This document shows positions 47,501 through 62,521 of a DNA stretch of 64,000 bases, in pieces. Origin of the DNA: Paraspadella gotoi (taxonomy: Eukaryota; Animalia; Chaetognatha); the NCBI GenBank assembly GCA_051294375.1, contig CM119268.1, positions 18,046,066 through 18,110,065 on the forward strand. Direction: 5' to 3'. The notes beneath the pieces are model-generated. The model was not told the DNA's origin, did not search any database, and saw only the letters and a program-made list of their open reading frames with translations. The position numbers and the translations under genes are program-made. Every line of letters begins with the position of its first letter. Position 1 is the stretch's first letter.

Positions 47501-50222
47501 GCGTATGTCTGCTGCTGTATCTGCTGCTGTATCTGCTGCTGCATTTGCTGTTGGGCGTAGAATTGTTTCAAATCTTTGGAAGAAGAGAATCGAGAAGGAA
47601 GAGACGCCGTTGAAGCCGTCAGTCCTTTGCTGTTGAGGCGTTGAAGGGCGGCGCCGCGGGAGGAAGACGGCGCCACCGACGGCGCTAACGACGCCGAGGA
47701 GGCCCTCCCCGGTTTCCGTACGTCCGTGTATCTCGGCATGGTGGTCCGTGGGTGCAGCGGAGGCGGCGGCGACGAGGCAGATGTCGAGGAATTCGGCGGC
47801 GGCGGTGGCGGCGCTGCTTTCAGTAGCACGCGGCTGCGACGCCCTTCCTCCCCCGGCGTCTCGGCGTCCTTGAGTCCAAGACGCCGCATTCCTTCGCGAA
47901 TCTCGTTTCCGGCGGAGGCGTCGGCGGCGTCGACGCTTCCGCCCCCAAAACCTTCCCCTTCTCTCGGTCGGTCCGGACTTTCCGGCGACTGCGGCGTCGG
48001 AGGCGATGGCGAGACGCCGATTCCTTCGTCGGAGCTGCCGGACGAGCGGTGGTTCTTCGTCGCAGTCGATGAAGACGACGACGAAGACGACGATGACGGA
48101 GTTTTGCGCGGAGGACGCTGTACGTGCGAGTAGAGGCTATAGTCCCCGTACACGTCCTCCTCGCGATACTTACGCGCGTCCCGTACGGACACGGCCGGAC
48201 GGGTGACTCGTCGCCGCAACGTGGGAACTCTGGAAGGCTTTGGGGGCGGAGGGGAAACCGCGGAGTTGTCGGCGGGGGCGTCGGTGACGATCCCTTCCTC
48301 GGGAACTCCTGGATGTTGCTGCAGAGGCTGCTGTTGTTGGTAAGGGCTTCGAGGGAAGTTCGAGCTTCCGTTGAAGGATCTCTTTGGGAAGAGTTTGGGA
48401 AAGGATTTCGGGAGGGAGTTGGACGAGGAAGAGGAGGAGGAGGAGGAGGAAGAAGAAGAGGGAGAAAGGGAGGCGTGGGAGGAGAGGGAGGAAGGGAGAA
48501 TGTTGCCGTTGTGTCGACGACGGAGCCGCTCCTCGGAATCGCCCGCCGGAATTACGACCGATAGAGGGCCTTCGTTGTCGACGCCTTCGTAGTCGTCGTC
48601 CTCTTCTTCCTCCTGCATCGGCTGCACCTCGACGAAGATGCCCGAGTCCGACGCGCAGGTGCGCTCTTCGTCGAGGGTCTTTCGCGGAGTCGGAGTGGAC
48701 GAGGCGCTGCGGGAGTGTTGAAGGTTCTGGCGGAGATGGTGGAGGAGGTAGTCCTCGGATTGCGAGGTGGAGGAGCGAGTTGGAGAGGCGGGGGTGGAGG
48801 AAGGCTGAATGGACGGGGTGGGAGTGAGTGGGTTGAAGTAAGGTGGCGTGGTCGGCGTGGTCGGCGTCCCCGTCGTCGAAACCTGGCGCCGAAGAGTCGA
48901 GGCGCCGTTCATTTGAGTCAGTGTAGAATCGCTGCCCCGGCGTCGCAGCAGCAACTTGCGGCGCTGCGACGTCGGCGACTGAGTCGGTGACGAAGACGAG
49001 AAAGACGACGGCGCCGGCGTGGAGGGCGTTCGAGCAACGCCGACGACGACGACGCCGCCGCTGCCGGGTGAGTACATCCACGAATTAGTGGCACCGGTCG
49101 CTGGTTTCGCCGCCGAAGTCAAAGAGGCCAACGACGACGACGAGGACGACGAAGACGACGACGACGACGCCGACGCGACGAGTCCGTACTTTTCCGCGTA
49201 GAACGAGACGGGCATCGTCCGATTCACCGGCGTTGTGATCACAGCGCCGGATTTTTCAGTGATTGGCAGCGAACCGGCGCCGGCGTAAGCGGTGATTAGC
49301 GCAGGGACGGAGGGATATCTGAGGGTGAGTGAGAGACTTATTAAATTCAATTTATATTTATAAGAAAAACTAACAACAAATAATGTAAATTAAATTTTCG
49401 AGGAGGCGAACGTTATTGACGATGACGACAACGACAACAATGAATTAATTAAAAACAACAACAACGACGACGCCCTTTCACCTCACAATTCAAACGTAAA
49501 AAATGCAATAGCCCACCCTTATCACCACCCAATCCCAGATTCAAACCTCAAAACCCCCAACACCCAAATCGTTAACCACTCCCCCTACTCAACCACCTGG
49601 CGCCCTCGAAGTGAAACTCGGTCTTGACGTAGGATGAATCCGGAAAGGAGTCGACGGAGCGATTGATCTTGAAGTTGAGGCACGACCCTTTGGAGAAGGT
49701 GGAGAGGACGAAGTCGCCCGGGGAGGAGATGCTGTCGCGGACGAGGAACTGGGAGGAGGGGGGACGAAGGGGAAGTGAGAATATGGCGAGAGGGAAGGAG
49801 GAGGAGGAGGAGAAGGAGGAGGAGGAAAGATTAAAATATGTAGAATAGGAGGAAGTAAACAAAGGAAGAGGGAAGATCAAGTAGGAAGTATCGCAGAATA
49901 AGGAATTACTTATTGAGCCGGAATGTGAAGTTACAATAAATATTTAATAAATGACAAATCAAAGACAAAAACGTTACGCCGAAATGTGTGGCTGGTCGCC
50001 CCACCCGACTCTCCCATTCCTAACAATAATAACAAAAACAAAATAACACGCGCCTCCAGCCTCACCTGCCCTTTCTCCCGTAGCAGCTTTTGCGCATGCG
50101 CCCTGGGGATCGGACCGTGATACCAGCCGTGACTACGGACGTCGCTGAAGTCGAGTCTCAACTCGGCGTCCAGATCGCGTTTCAGTTTTTCTTGGTTCGG
50201 CCGTTCTTCCATGATCAAGGGG
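44556..50222 (-). CDS. BCAR3: BCAR3/SH2D3 (NSP) family adaptor: SH2 domain, long Ser/Pro-rich linker, C-terminal Cdc25/RasGEF-like domain; 5' end uncertain
   Basis: Phase-consistent exons 50222-50066, 49748-49597, 49318-47403, 47135-46862, 45806-45635, 45418-45252, 45083-44966 and 44759-44556. Motifs: ELRLDFSDVRSHGWYHGPIPR, FLVRDSISSPGDFVLS, GVTSGLELITLPQGGSLRRDLLERF, LGNLNSYAAIVEAL, EVFRTEFMMKLLFGAKG...ERNNKF. Confidence 0.92.
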
Positions 50223-51140
50223 CTGAGGAGAAATGTAAGTTAGCCATTAATTAGAAAGTAAAAGTACATATTTTTTTCTATTCTAAAAGACGGAAAAAAA
50301 TCATTAGTATATAAAAATTAAAGTTTAAAGCTAATTTTGTAGTTGTCAATATGTGATCGTATATTTTTGTTTTAAGTTTTATAGTGAATGTTTCAATGGA
50401 AGCCATCGAAAAGGTAGTTGGCGAAAAAATGTAAGTACGTTCGGGAAGAGCTTTTTACTCCTTTTTACATTTCGTTCGTGATAAAACTTTAAATCGGAAA
50501 ATTCTCGAACAAAATTCTCGACGTTCTTTTGTTGATTTTTTTTTGTCTAGTAATTCTTTTTTTTTTTTTTGTTTATACGATTTAACTTATTTATATTCAT
50601 TTTGTCTTTTATTTGCCGTCGACCTCATTCAAGGCTCGCCTAATGAGAAATGCCGCTTCGAATTCGGCTTAAAGTCACAAAACCGTGAGGCCCGGCGGGG
50701 AAAAGACGAAAAAACCTGTGACTGTCACGAACTTTGAACGAGCGGATAAAATAAACAGAGGAAGAGATAAAAATTGGGAGATAAAACGAGAGAGAAAAAA
50801 AGAAGGAGGGGGAATGTAGTGTGTGATAAAAATGCGTGAAAAAGATTAGAAGAGGGGAAAACATGACAAAAATTTTAAAGAAAGTAAATTCAACTTAGAA
50901 ATCAAATTAAATTTGAATGATGCTTACTAAAGCGAGATTGTGTTTATCTTTCATTGGCTACTTTGTATTTATTAATCATTATGAACCAACGTTGGATTAT
51001 TATTCTTTTTAAATTGGTTTCATTTAAAAAAAATTTTAGGTATTTTCGGTCGCACGAAAAAGTTTACGGAAGAGATCGAATTTTTTGGCCAATGAAAAAT
51101 GTGTGAGAGATAAAATCGAAATTGGGAAGCGAGACAACAG

Positions 51141-51243
<103 letters not shown>

Positions 51244-52003
51244 AAAAGACTGGAAATCGAAAAAAATCACGGCATAATAGGACGCCCCTATGAGAAGATT
51301 AAATTCCCCGTTTCGAGTGATGTGTCATCACCGCAGATCCATCACTGTCATCGCTGTCGTCGTAAACGAAGTTCGCCCTCGATTTCCCCCAATTTCGACC
51401 TCAATTTCGTCGTATTTCGTCCTCGATTTGGTCGTGTTTATTCGGTTTTTTTTTCCCGAAAAAAAAGCGAAATAAAAAAAAAATGTCGATCTGATCAAAT
51501 AAAACACTTTCTCGTCTTTATTACTATGAAAGCAGATCAAGGCCTTGGGAAAAAAATAAATAAAATAAAAGTGATAAATTAATTCATTCACGCGTTTCAC
51601 AGTTGAGTACAATCTCAGATCTAAAAATAGGCCCCGGATGTGGCCACACCCAGCGAAGAATGAAAGGTGCGATTTCGAGAGATTAAATCCGATCCTTTGA
51701 TCCAAATTCGAGAAGGCACTCCAAGATAGATTTGAGAATTAAATCGATGCAGGGTTCCGAGTTCGAATTCTGTCACTGCGATCGGGAGAGGGTGCGTTGG
51801 GCGAGTGATTTTATTTAGTTTGTTAACTGGAAAGTTATTTATAGACGTTTGAGGTGCGTCGCCTTTTGTTGTTAAAAAAAGATTTATTGCGAATGATTGC
51901 GATTGATAAATCGCTCTTATATTTTCTTAGCAATTATTTCTCGAATTCTTTTTTCGTTATCGTTTAATTGGTCACTTTATCAAAAAAACTAAAGTCCACT
52001 TCC

Positions 52004-52091
<88 letters not shown>

Positions 52092-52307
52092 TCTCTTCTC
52101 TCTCTCTCTGTGTCTCTCTCTCTATCTCTGTCTCTTCTTTCTCTCCCTCCCCATCTCCTTCCAAAGGTGCGCCGGGCCCCGCCTCGCACGCTCGCCCGTT
52201 TCGCAGCGCTCAAAGACAATGCCCGCTCTCGCGGACAAGGTCGCTCTTGTTCAGAATCACTGAAAGCGAAAGAGATTAATTTTACTAACTTTTGGTCATT
52301 AAGACCG

Positions 52308-52367
<60 letters not shown>

Positions 52368-55300
52368 AGAAGAGAGAAGAGAGAGAGGAGTACAGGTGGC
52401 GAGGGAACGCATCATATGTTCGAAGTCTTTGTCGAGTCTCAACCGAGCCTGGCTTGGCTTGCTTTCAAGGATACGAGTCAATACTTGCTTCGAATCAACC
52501 GCGTCGTCATCCCTACGCAGCCTCGCGTCGAGGTGTCGGTTAGGGCCGACGGATCGGGTGCCTTCATCAGCGATGCCCAGCGAGGCAGAGAGGCTCCGCG
52601 GACGCTCTNNNNNNNNNNNNNNNNNNNNNNNNNNNNNNNNNNNNNNNNNNNNNNNNNNNNNNNNNNNNNNNNNNNNNNNNNNNNNNNNNNNNNNNNNNNN
52701 NNNNNNNNNNNNNNNNNNNNNNNNNNNNNNNNNNNNNNNNNNNNNNNNNNNNNNNNNNNNNNNNNNNNNNNNNNNNNNNNNNNNNNNNNNNNNNNNNNNN
52801 NNNNNNNNNNNNNNNNNNNNNNNNNNNNNNNNNNNNNNNATTTAGAAAGATAAGGATGAAATAAGAATGAAGGGAAATAAAATTATAAGTGTAAAGCCTA
52901 TCTCTCTCTCTCTCTCTCCAGAGGATACATATTTTACTGATATCTGGATAAAAAATTCGATAAGTTGGGTTTTAAGTACATCTTTTTCCATCAGAAGTAT
53001 AAATGTGATATTATTTTTTTTTTTTTTTTTTTTAATTTTCAAATCACGCTTTCCTCATTTTTTTACGCCAGGTGTCAGCCTGTTCGTCGGTTGGTTTGCG
53101 CGACCCATCGTCGAGGTAGCGAAGAAAAAAAAATTGTTGGCCGTGAATGATGTTGCGAAATTCATAAATGATGATGGTGAAAATAAATCTCGTTTCGGTG
53201 ACTCATTTGTGGTGAGACGTAGATTATGGGAAAATGTGAAAGTATGACAAATTGATGAGGAATAATCTGTGAATACAGAAAATGCATGAAACAAAAAAGT
53301 GAATCTTTTAAAAAAAGAAAAAAATTTAAAAAAAATTGTAAAGAGAAAAAAAAATGGGAGAAAAATCGAAAAAATTGTAAAATGTTAAGATGAACGTCGA
53401 TGTCAAAGTCAAACGATGAACCACGGTTTTTAACGATGAACGAATGAAATGAACGACGAGATGAACGACAGCGATGAACGACCACGACGACGACGAAAAA
53501 AAAAAAGCTTCACGAAGGTCGTCGTCGCGACCATAAAACAGCGGGAGGTCAACTTTTTTACTTTTTTTGCATCATTTAAGTTTAATTTTTTNNNNNNNNN
53601 NNNNNNNNNNNNNNNNNNNNNNNNNNNNNNNNNNNNNNNNNNNNNNNNNNNNNNNNNNNNNNNNNNNNNNNNNNNNNNNNNNNNNNNNNNNNNNNNNNNN
53701 NNNNNNNNNNNNNNNNNNNNNNNNNNNNNNNNNNNNNNNNNNNNNNNNNNNNNNNNNNNNNNNNNNNNNNNNNNNNNNNNNNNNNNNNNNNNNNNNNNNN
53801 NNNNNNNNNNNNNNNNNNNNNNNNNNNNNNNNNNNNNNNNNNNNNNNNNNNTCCGGCACCGCGATAAGCGCTCGTGCTGAACGGAAAAATCTTCGCGGTA
53901 ATTACTTGTAATTGGGAAGAATGAGCTTCCTTCCCTCTCGGCGGAGCGTGGCCGAGTTAGAGATTAAAAATGAGGAGAAAGAAAAAAAGAAAGGAAAAGA
54001 AAAAGTCAAAAAGAGAAAAAAAATTAATATTGATTGAGAGAAGAGTATATACGGGAAGGAAGGAAGAGCGGCCCGGCTCATTTTTCATTTTTTCGGTAGT
54101 TTTAAAAAAGTTGTTTTGTTTAAAGTATTTAGAAAAACTACTTTTAGAACATTTTTTGAGAAGCGGTCCTTGTCCGCATGTAATTTCTTGATATATATAT
54201 AAAAACTATGAACGTAGAAAGTTAATATTTAGTCTGAAACTCATCGGTGCGATAGAGTTAACCAATAAAAACAAAATCAGGCCGTTTGGAAAAGTTTTAA
54301 AAAGAATTACATTAGGCCCAATACTTTTTTTCCCGAAAAATTATAAAGTGGGAAATTTTTATTGTTTGGTCGAAATTTTAAAATAGAGGGAAAATGAAAA
54401 GAAGAAAGACTTTTGATAAACCAAATCATCATGAATATCAACGGTAATATGAGGATGAAAGAAAAAAAAGAAATTAAGAAGAAAAAGATGACAGGAAAAG
54501 AAAAAAAAAGGAAAAAGTAGTATTCAAGACTGGCAAGGAAACTAATTTTATCAAAGAAAAAAAAGAGTGCCCATGAGGCATAAGAAAATTAAACGGATAA
54601 AAAAAAAATATCAGGTAGGACGTTGTGCAATACTTAAGGTGTCCCCTGGGGCTGTGGAGAGGAAGAGGAAGATGAAGTAGCGGGGGATGAGGAGGAGCAG
54701 GCGGGGGATCCGGTGGAAGGGACCCAGGGGTTGCAGAAAAATACGCCACGCGTACCAAAAAAAACATTACAATATTCATAAATTCTTCGGAATTTCATAT
54801 AAGTAAATGAATCAAACGGAGGCACTTAAAAATGTTCGTGTTCCACATAAAAATCCATGGAGCCAAGATTCTCTCTTCCTACATAAAATTCTTCCGCTGA
54901 TTAAATACTTTTTTTTGAAATCTTTAGAATCAAAACCGGTTTATTCAAGAAATGAAAGGAAAAGGATGGAATATACTAAAAATTGAAAAAGTAAGTAAAA
55001 ATAGAGCGTTGTAAGTGAAGAAAGTTGTATGTAAATCGTAGAAAGTGGAATATAGAATTAAAGAAAAAGTACATAGTACATAACAGCATATAACTATTGA
55101 CTATTGAGGCGTTGAAAATAACAAAAGATTGTGGGAAATAACACAAGATTTATGAGTTTCATTAAGTCGATAGGTACACGTGTTGATGATTTCAGTTTTT
55201 ATTCTTTTATGAAGAAGAATTCGATTCCATTAAAACTTCAAAAGGATTTTTTCTTCGCCTTTCAGTTCATCCGTCTTTTGACAACTGACAGCTTTCCACA

Positions 55301-57451
55301 CCACGTTATAAAAAAATGTTTTGACCATTATCTTTATATATCAGTTCGTGTGAGAATAAGGACAGCGAATTTGTATGTACATAAATTTTAAACAAAAATG
55401 TCTAAAGATTTTCATGGTGCTGGGTGAAATCGGAACCTGACCGACATATACGAACATAACCGCTCTTTCGCCGCCGAGGCCGAGAAGAAGGCGAGAGAAA
55501 TTCGCTCGTAAAATCGGACAACCGCGGTTCCTCGTTATAACCGGGCAGTTTGCGTGGTTGTAAAAAACAAGGATCGTCGCCGGTCGTTCCCGGCAATAAC
55601 GACCGATTTTCCTGGCGATAACGAGCGACTTTTCCCCGCAATAACGAGGAACTCGTCGCGAATATCGACGACTTTTCCGGCCGTAAAGGTGGACCGCGAT
55701 CGGCGGAGGGAGAGGGAGACGATCATATCGGGAGAGGGAGTGGAGCGGAGACGAGGATCACAATCGGGGGATCGAGAAGGGACGGAGGACGCGCGACCAC
55801 TGGAGACATCGACGTCGTCGTCGTCGTCGTCGTCGTTTTCACTGCGGGAGTGGGCGGTGGGATGGAGAGGAGCTCGATGCATTTCTGGAGTTGTCTTGGT
55901 CTCGATCGCCTTGTCACAGCTGTCTCTTTTAGCACTTTGGTACACTCCATAAAGAATGTTTTGAGAGACGGTTAAATTGTTGACGGTCAAAAACATCGAA
56001 TAAGACTTCACTATGATTTGTAGCCAAGATCAAAATCTGAAATCAATCAAATCGATCAATGAATTATTCATTCAATCAATAAATCAGCTCTGAATTGAAC
56101 TCAAAACAACTGGTAACATCGCCCTTTTGAAAGAAAGAAAAGAACTGCCGCCACGCTATATGTTTTTCACCAACTCAAATTTATTAACGTTAACAAATTC
56201 AAGAACTCAAACGTTCAATCATTTACGGATCGCACTCTGTACTGTGTACTGTTTCGTATGTACTCTATCGTGTATACTGTATCGAGAATCGTGAAGAGCG
56301 TCAACAAAATCTGAACTAGGCTCGACTTTGTCTGAAGACTCAAAGATTCGTCTTCCAGTTTAATCTCTGCGTCCAGGGGAATCGAATCAAAAGACTCCGA
56401 GATCGTAAATGACGAGTTTTATGAGTCTTGAGCCTCTAATCCAAACCGCGGGCGGCGACGACGATAGCGAAGTTGACGGCGAAGACGATGGCGACGACGA
56501 TGGCGACGACGACGACGACGACGACGGTGAGGACGACGATGAAAACGATACGACGTTGAAAACCGAAAATAACCAAAAGACATTTCTACACATAAAATAT
56601 TCGATCTTAAGAAAAAAAAATCAATATTTCTTCAATTCGTTTCACGTCAATCACTCTGTAAATTAGAATGCTTTTTTGAACGTCGTACAAAATTTATTTA
56701 ATAAGGCAAAGTTATTACTTAAAAATAAATACTGAAGTGAAGAACATTTAAAGTGAGACAAACTTCATTAATCTTTTTTTTGTTGTTTGAAACCGAATGA
56801 ATGGATTATTAACCTTTTTCCTTTTATTCATACATTATTTAAACGCAAACGGAATGAATGAAGAAAAATCCAGAATAATGAAAACTTAAACAAATACAAA
56901 GCTTTTGATTTTCATTTTGTTCTTTCACTTCATTTCGCTGGTTTTTATTATTTAAATTTGTCGTTTAATTTTAGCGGATTTTTTTTTACTTTTACTGTAG
57001 AACCGAATAAATATCATAGATAAGAATATCATTGCCAAAAAAAATCGAAAGTGAAACATTCACACGAAATTAGATTAACGTGACCAAAGCGAAAATTTGA
57101 GTCCATGTGATCTTTACTAAAGGCGCTGTTGTTGTCTCGGCTTAGGGTTAGCCGTTTCCTTTTTTTGTGGCAAAATATTAACCATTTTGTTTTTCAAAAT
57201 ATTCAGCGCTGGGCCGCTGACGTATCATTTTTTATTCTGAAAAGTTTTCGTTTGAGTTGTTATTGTTGTTGTCATGGACAAAAAAATCGACTTATGAAAA
57301 TCAACGCACCTCATTGGTCGATTCGTCAACGAATGAAGTCCCGAAGGTCGGTGACCTAAAAAAAAGAAAAATAAAATGAAAAAAATTAACTGCGAGACGA
57401 AAATAATAACAATTCGCGCGTGAAAGTTGATGAAGAATGAAGGTTTAAAGC

Positions 57452-57495
<44 letters not shown>

Positions 57496-57524
57496 TAGAG
57501 AGAGAGAAGAGAGAGAGAAAGAGA

Positions 57525-58236
57525 GAAAAAAAAAAATTGGGGCGATAAACGTTTATCGCTGCAAATCGAATATGAATAAAAATAACGCGACGATAATCAA
57601 TTTTTTTTATATAAGTTTCCAGGGAGAATCCTTCCCCCGGGTTTTTTATTTTGCTGATTTTATTTGCCTTTTTTATTATTCTATCTGCAATTATTATTCT
57701 GTTTTTTTTATCTAGAATGAACGAACGTCGAGTTCTTCTTAATACCTAAAAGCTTTAAATCAAAGGAAACCGAGTTTCACTGCAATAATACAATAAGAAT
57801 CATTGACTGATGCTCAACGTTTCAAATTAACTGACACTCGTTTACTAGAGCTTTTTTTCAATCGTTTGAACATTTTTTTTTTTTCAAAAACGAACCCAGT
57901 TAAAACACATTTTTTCAATTGAGGTCTTGTCTTGACGTTTCAAATTGTGGAATTTTATAAATAAAGACGTAAGTAAAAAAAACAAGATATTTGACAAGAA
58001 AAAAAATTAATTTCGTTCAGCGTTAAGAGTTTTTGTTTGTGATTCTTTTTTTTTAAATACAAAAAAAAATGTTTATTCTAGAGCGTTTATATAAAACTGC
58101 GTTTTTTTTTGAGAAAAAGAGGAAAGTTGAGAACTGAATGTAATCGAAAAAACATTTGGAAGGAAGTATCCGCGGAATCAACAAGATCGAGATTGCCACA
58201 GTTAGGAGATATAACGACGACGATTATAAAACGACA

Positions 58237-58279
<43 letters not shown>

Positions 58280-61200
58280 ATCTCTAATCTCTCTCCTTCA
58301 TCTCTCTCCTCTCTCTCTCTCTTTCTTCTTCTTCTTCTTCCTCTTTCTTCCCCGGTGACTCAAAAAAGGACGAGCAGGCTTTTGAATGATACATAGATTT
58401 TAAAAAGCAGTTTAAGTTTTTATACGTTTAATAACAAAATAAGCTTAGCTCGTTGGTCAACGTAATTAAATGACTATTTTTAGTAAATAGTATTTATTTT
58501 GAAAGTTAAAAATCAATACTTTGTGAAAATGGCCAAATTTTGAAAAGAAAATCTAAATTAAAAAAGCTAAAAATCTTTTAACTAAAAATGAGATTTTCCC
58601 TCCGTCAGTTGTATCAGTCAGTCAGTCCGTCCGTCCGTCCGTCATCTCAACAGCTGGCGTACGGCGTGCTCTCTACGGGAATGAATCGATTAAAAAGAAA
58701 TTTTGAGGTCCAGCGGGCAGAGTTTCGGAAACGTCTGCAAGATGAAGTCGATCGCTTAAAAATATCGAGGAACCTGGTTATATTGTATTCTTTTACCTAA
58801 TTTTGAAAACTAAGAAAGGGGGTAAGATATATAGACTTGGTTGTGGGGAATATTTTTGGGCCTTTTCATTTTCCAGCGAAGACGATGAAGCTGACGACGA
58901 AATGACGACGAGGATAACGACGACGAATAAGACGAGAACTCTTGGCGACGAAGTCAAATTCGAATTCCCGCGAATTTAATTAAGAGAATTAGAAAGAATT
59001 AAAAGAATTACTACACCCCACTGAGATTTCGATGTATCAATGATATTGGGGCTTCGACACTTGGAGGGGTTGAGAGAGAGAAGAGGAGAGAGAGAGAAGA
59101 GAGATGAGAGAGATGAGAGAGAGAGAGAGAGACGAGAAGAGGATGAGAGAGAGAGAATCTACTTCTAAGTTTTTAAAGGATATAGATATAGTTATTTTAA
59201 ATTAAAATTTAATTTTTCGACTTTCGCCACAATGAGACGCCTTTCACAGTTTCGAGTCACTGCGTACGGAATCACCGAAATCCCGAAATCAATAGATTCC
59301 GAGCTTCTTTTTTTTCTGTGGGAGACTCAAGAAGCGAGTCTCGTCAGAGTCAGAACCAGAGTCATCGCCGAATATTTATTTCCCTCATTTTATTCATTTT
59401 CGGTCTCCATTCACTTTAGTTCAGAATGAAACTAAACTAAGATAAAGAAAAGCCTTCTCTCTCTCTCTCCTCTCTCTCTCTCTTCTCTCATTCTCTCTCT
59501 TCTCCTCTCTCATTCTCTCTCGTCTCCTCCTTCTCTCCCTCTTAAACCTACTCCCTACTTTACCTAATACCCTTCCATGTACAACTTTTTTCTTTTCTTC
59601 TCTCCCTTATACGCCACCCCGTCCACGCCCTCTTCTCTACCCCCCTTCTCCTCACCCTGCTCCTTCTTCTATCCCGCTCTTATCTCCTTCACCCCTTCTT
59701 CTCCTCAACCCGCTCCACTCCTCATCTTTTCTCAACTCATTTGCATCCATATTTGTTCTCAACCAAAATCCTCGTCCGAGTAGAAGTTTACTGTCAACAG
59801 TCGTTTACGTCGATGGCCATTAACGATACTGGCGATATCTTGCGATACTGCGATACTGCGATACTACTACGTGCTTTGAATGAGCTTAGAGATTAAAAGA
59901 CCGTCAGCAATATGAAAGAATTTCAGAAGTTTTTTTTCACATGAGATTGTTTTTTGTCGTTTCTCAGCAGGCGTTAGTTCTATGGGTGATTGGTGACATT
60001 ACATTGTCGTTTCATTTATGACAATAGTGTTGACATGTAATGACTCCACAAAGCGCCCCAAATTCTCAGCAACGTCGCAACAGAGGTGGGCGTGGCAATG
60101 TCTTACGCCACGTTGCTTGGCGTGGCGCGTATANNNNNNNNNNNNNNNNNNNNNNNNNAGAAAGAAAAAAAATTGGGCGATCAAACGTTTATCGCTGCAA
60201 AATCGAATATGACATAAAAATACCGACGATAATCAAATTTTTTTTATATAATTTCCAGGGAGAATCTTTCCCCCGGGTTTTTATTTTGCTGATTTTATTT
60301 GCCTTTTTTATTATTTATCTCATTATTTTCTGTTTTTATCTAGAATGACGAACGTACGAGTTCTTCTTAATCTAAAAGCTTAAATCAAGGACACCGAGTT
60401 CACTCAATAATACAATTAAGAATCATTGACTGATGCTCACGTTTCAAATTAACTGACACTCGTTACTAGAGCTTTTTTTCAATCGTTTGAACATATTTTT
60501 TTTCAAGCGAACCAAGTTAAAACACATTTTTCATTGAGTACTGTCTTGACTCTTGTAAAAAACATGATTTTACAAGAAAAAAAATTTAATTTCGTTCAGC
60601 GTTATGAGTTTTTTGTTTGTGATTCTTTTTTTTTAAATACAAAAAAAATGTTTAATTCTTAGACGTTTATATAAAACTCGTTTTTTTGAAAAAAAAAAGA
60701 GTGGAGAGTTGAGAACTGAATGTCAATCGAAAAAACATTTGGAAGGAAGATCCGCGGAATCAACAAGATCGAGATTCANNNNNNNNNNAAAAGGACGAGC
60801 AGCTTTTGAATGATACATAGATTTTAAAAAGCAGTTTAAAGTTTTTATACGTTTAATACAAAAAAGCTTAGCTCGTTGTCAGACGTAATTAAATTACATT
60901 TTTAGTAAACAGTTTTTAATTTTAAAAGTTAAAAATCAAAACTTGTGAAAATGGCCAAATTTTGAAAGAAATCTAATTAAAAAACTAAAAATCTTTTAAC
61001 TAAAAATGAGATTTTCCCTCCGTCAGTTGTATCAGTCAGTCAGTCCGTCCGTCCGTCCGTCATCTCAACAGCTGCGTCGGCGTCTCTCTACGGGAAGAAT
61101 CGATTAAAAAGAAATTTGAGGTCCAGCGGGCAGATGTTCGGAAACGTCTCAAGATGAGAGTCGATCCTTAAAAATATCGAGGAACCTGGTTATTTGTCAT

Positions 61201-62521
61201 TCTTTTACCTAATTTGACTAAAAAGGGGGTAAGATATATTAGACTTGGTTGTGGGGCATATTTTTTGGCCTTTTCATTTTCCACGAAGACGATGAAGCTG
61301 ACGACGATGACGACGACGATAACGACGACGACTCTTGGCGACGAAGTCAATTCGAATCCCGCGAATTAATTAAGAGAATTAGAAAGAATTAAAAAGAATT
61401 ACTACACCCCACTGAGATTTCGATGTATCAAATGATATTGGGCTCGACACTTGGAGGGGTTGAGAGAGAGAAGAGGAGAGAGAGAGAAGAGAGATGAGAG
61501 AGATGAGAGAGAGAGAGAGAGACGAGAAGAGGATGAGAGAGAGAGAATCTACTTCTAAGTTTTTAAAGGATATAGATATAGTTATTTTAAATTAAAATTT
61601 AATTTTTCGACTTTCGCCACAATGAGACGCCTTTCACAGTTTCGAGTCACTGCGTACGGAATCACCGAAATCCCGAAATCAATAGATTCCGAGCTTCTTT
61701 TTTTTCTGTGACTCAAAGAAGCGAGTCTCGTCAGAGTCAGACCAGAGTCATCGCCGAATATTTATTTCCCTCATTTTTAATTCATTTTCGGTCTCATTCA
61801 CTTTAGTTCAGGAATGAAACTAAACTAAGATAAAGAAAAGCCTTCTCTCTCTCTCTCCTCTCTCTCTCTCTTCTCTCATTCTCTCTCTTCTCCTCTCTCA
61901 TTCTCTCTCGTCTCCTCCTTCTCTCCCTCTTAAACCTACTCCCTACTTTACCTAATACCCTTCCATGTACAACTTTTTTCTTTTCTTCTCTCCCTTATAC
62001 GCCACCCCGTCCACGCCCTCTTCTCTACCCCCCTTCTCCTCACCCTGCTCCTTCTTCTATCCCGCTCTTATCTCCTTCACCCCTTCTTCTCCTCAACCCG
62101 CTCCACTCCTCATCTTTTCTCAACTCATTTGCATCCATATTTGTTCTCAACCAAAATCCTCGTCCGAGTAGAAGTTTACTGTCAACAGTCGTTTACGTCG
62201 ATGGCCATTAACGATACTGGCGATATCTTGCGATACTGCGATACTGCGATACTACTACGTGCTTTGAATGAGCTTAGAGATTAAAAGACCGTCAGCAATA
62301 TGAAAGAATTTCAGAAGTTTTTTTTCACATGAGATTGTTTTTTGTCGTTTCTCAGCAGGCGTTAGTTCTATGGGTGATTGGTGACATTACATTGTCGTTT
62401 CATTTATGACAATAGTGTTGACATGTAATGACTCCACAAAGCGCCCCAAATTCTCAGCAACGTCGCAACAGAGGTGGGCGTGGCAATGTCTTACGCCACG
62501 TTGCTTGGCGTGGCGCGTATA
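57525..62521. repeat. ~2.4-kb tandem duplication (57525-60133 / 60159-62521) across an N gap; probable assembly artefact
   Basis: Identical ORFs at an offset of 2388 (59577/61965, 60018/62406). The copy adjacent to the gap is indel-rich, and both copies end at the same base before a gap. Confidence 0.88.

Noticed and set aside
47726-49201. Multiple plus-strand and alternative-frame ORFs
   Set aside because: Shadow ORFs of the GC-rich 1.9-kb BCAR3 exon.
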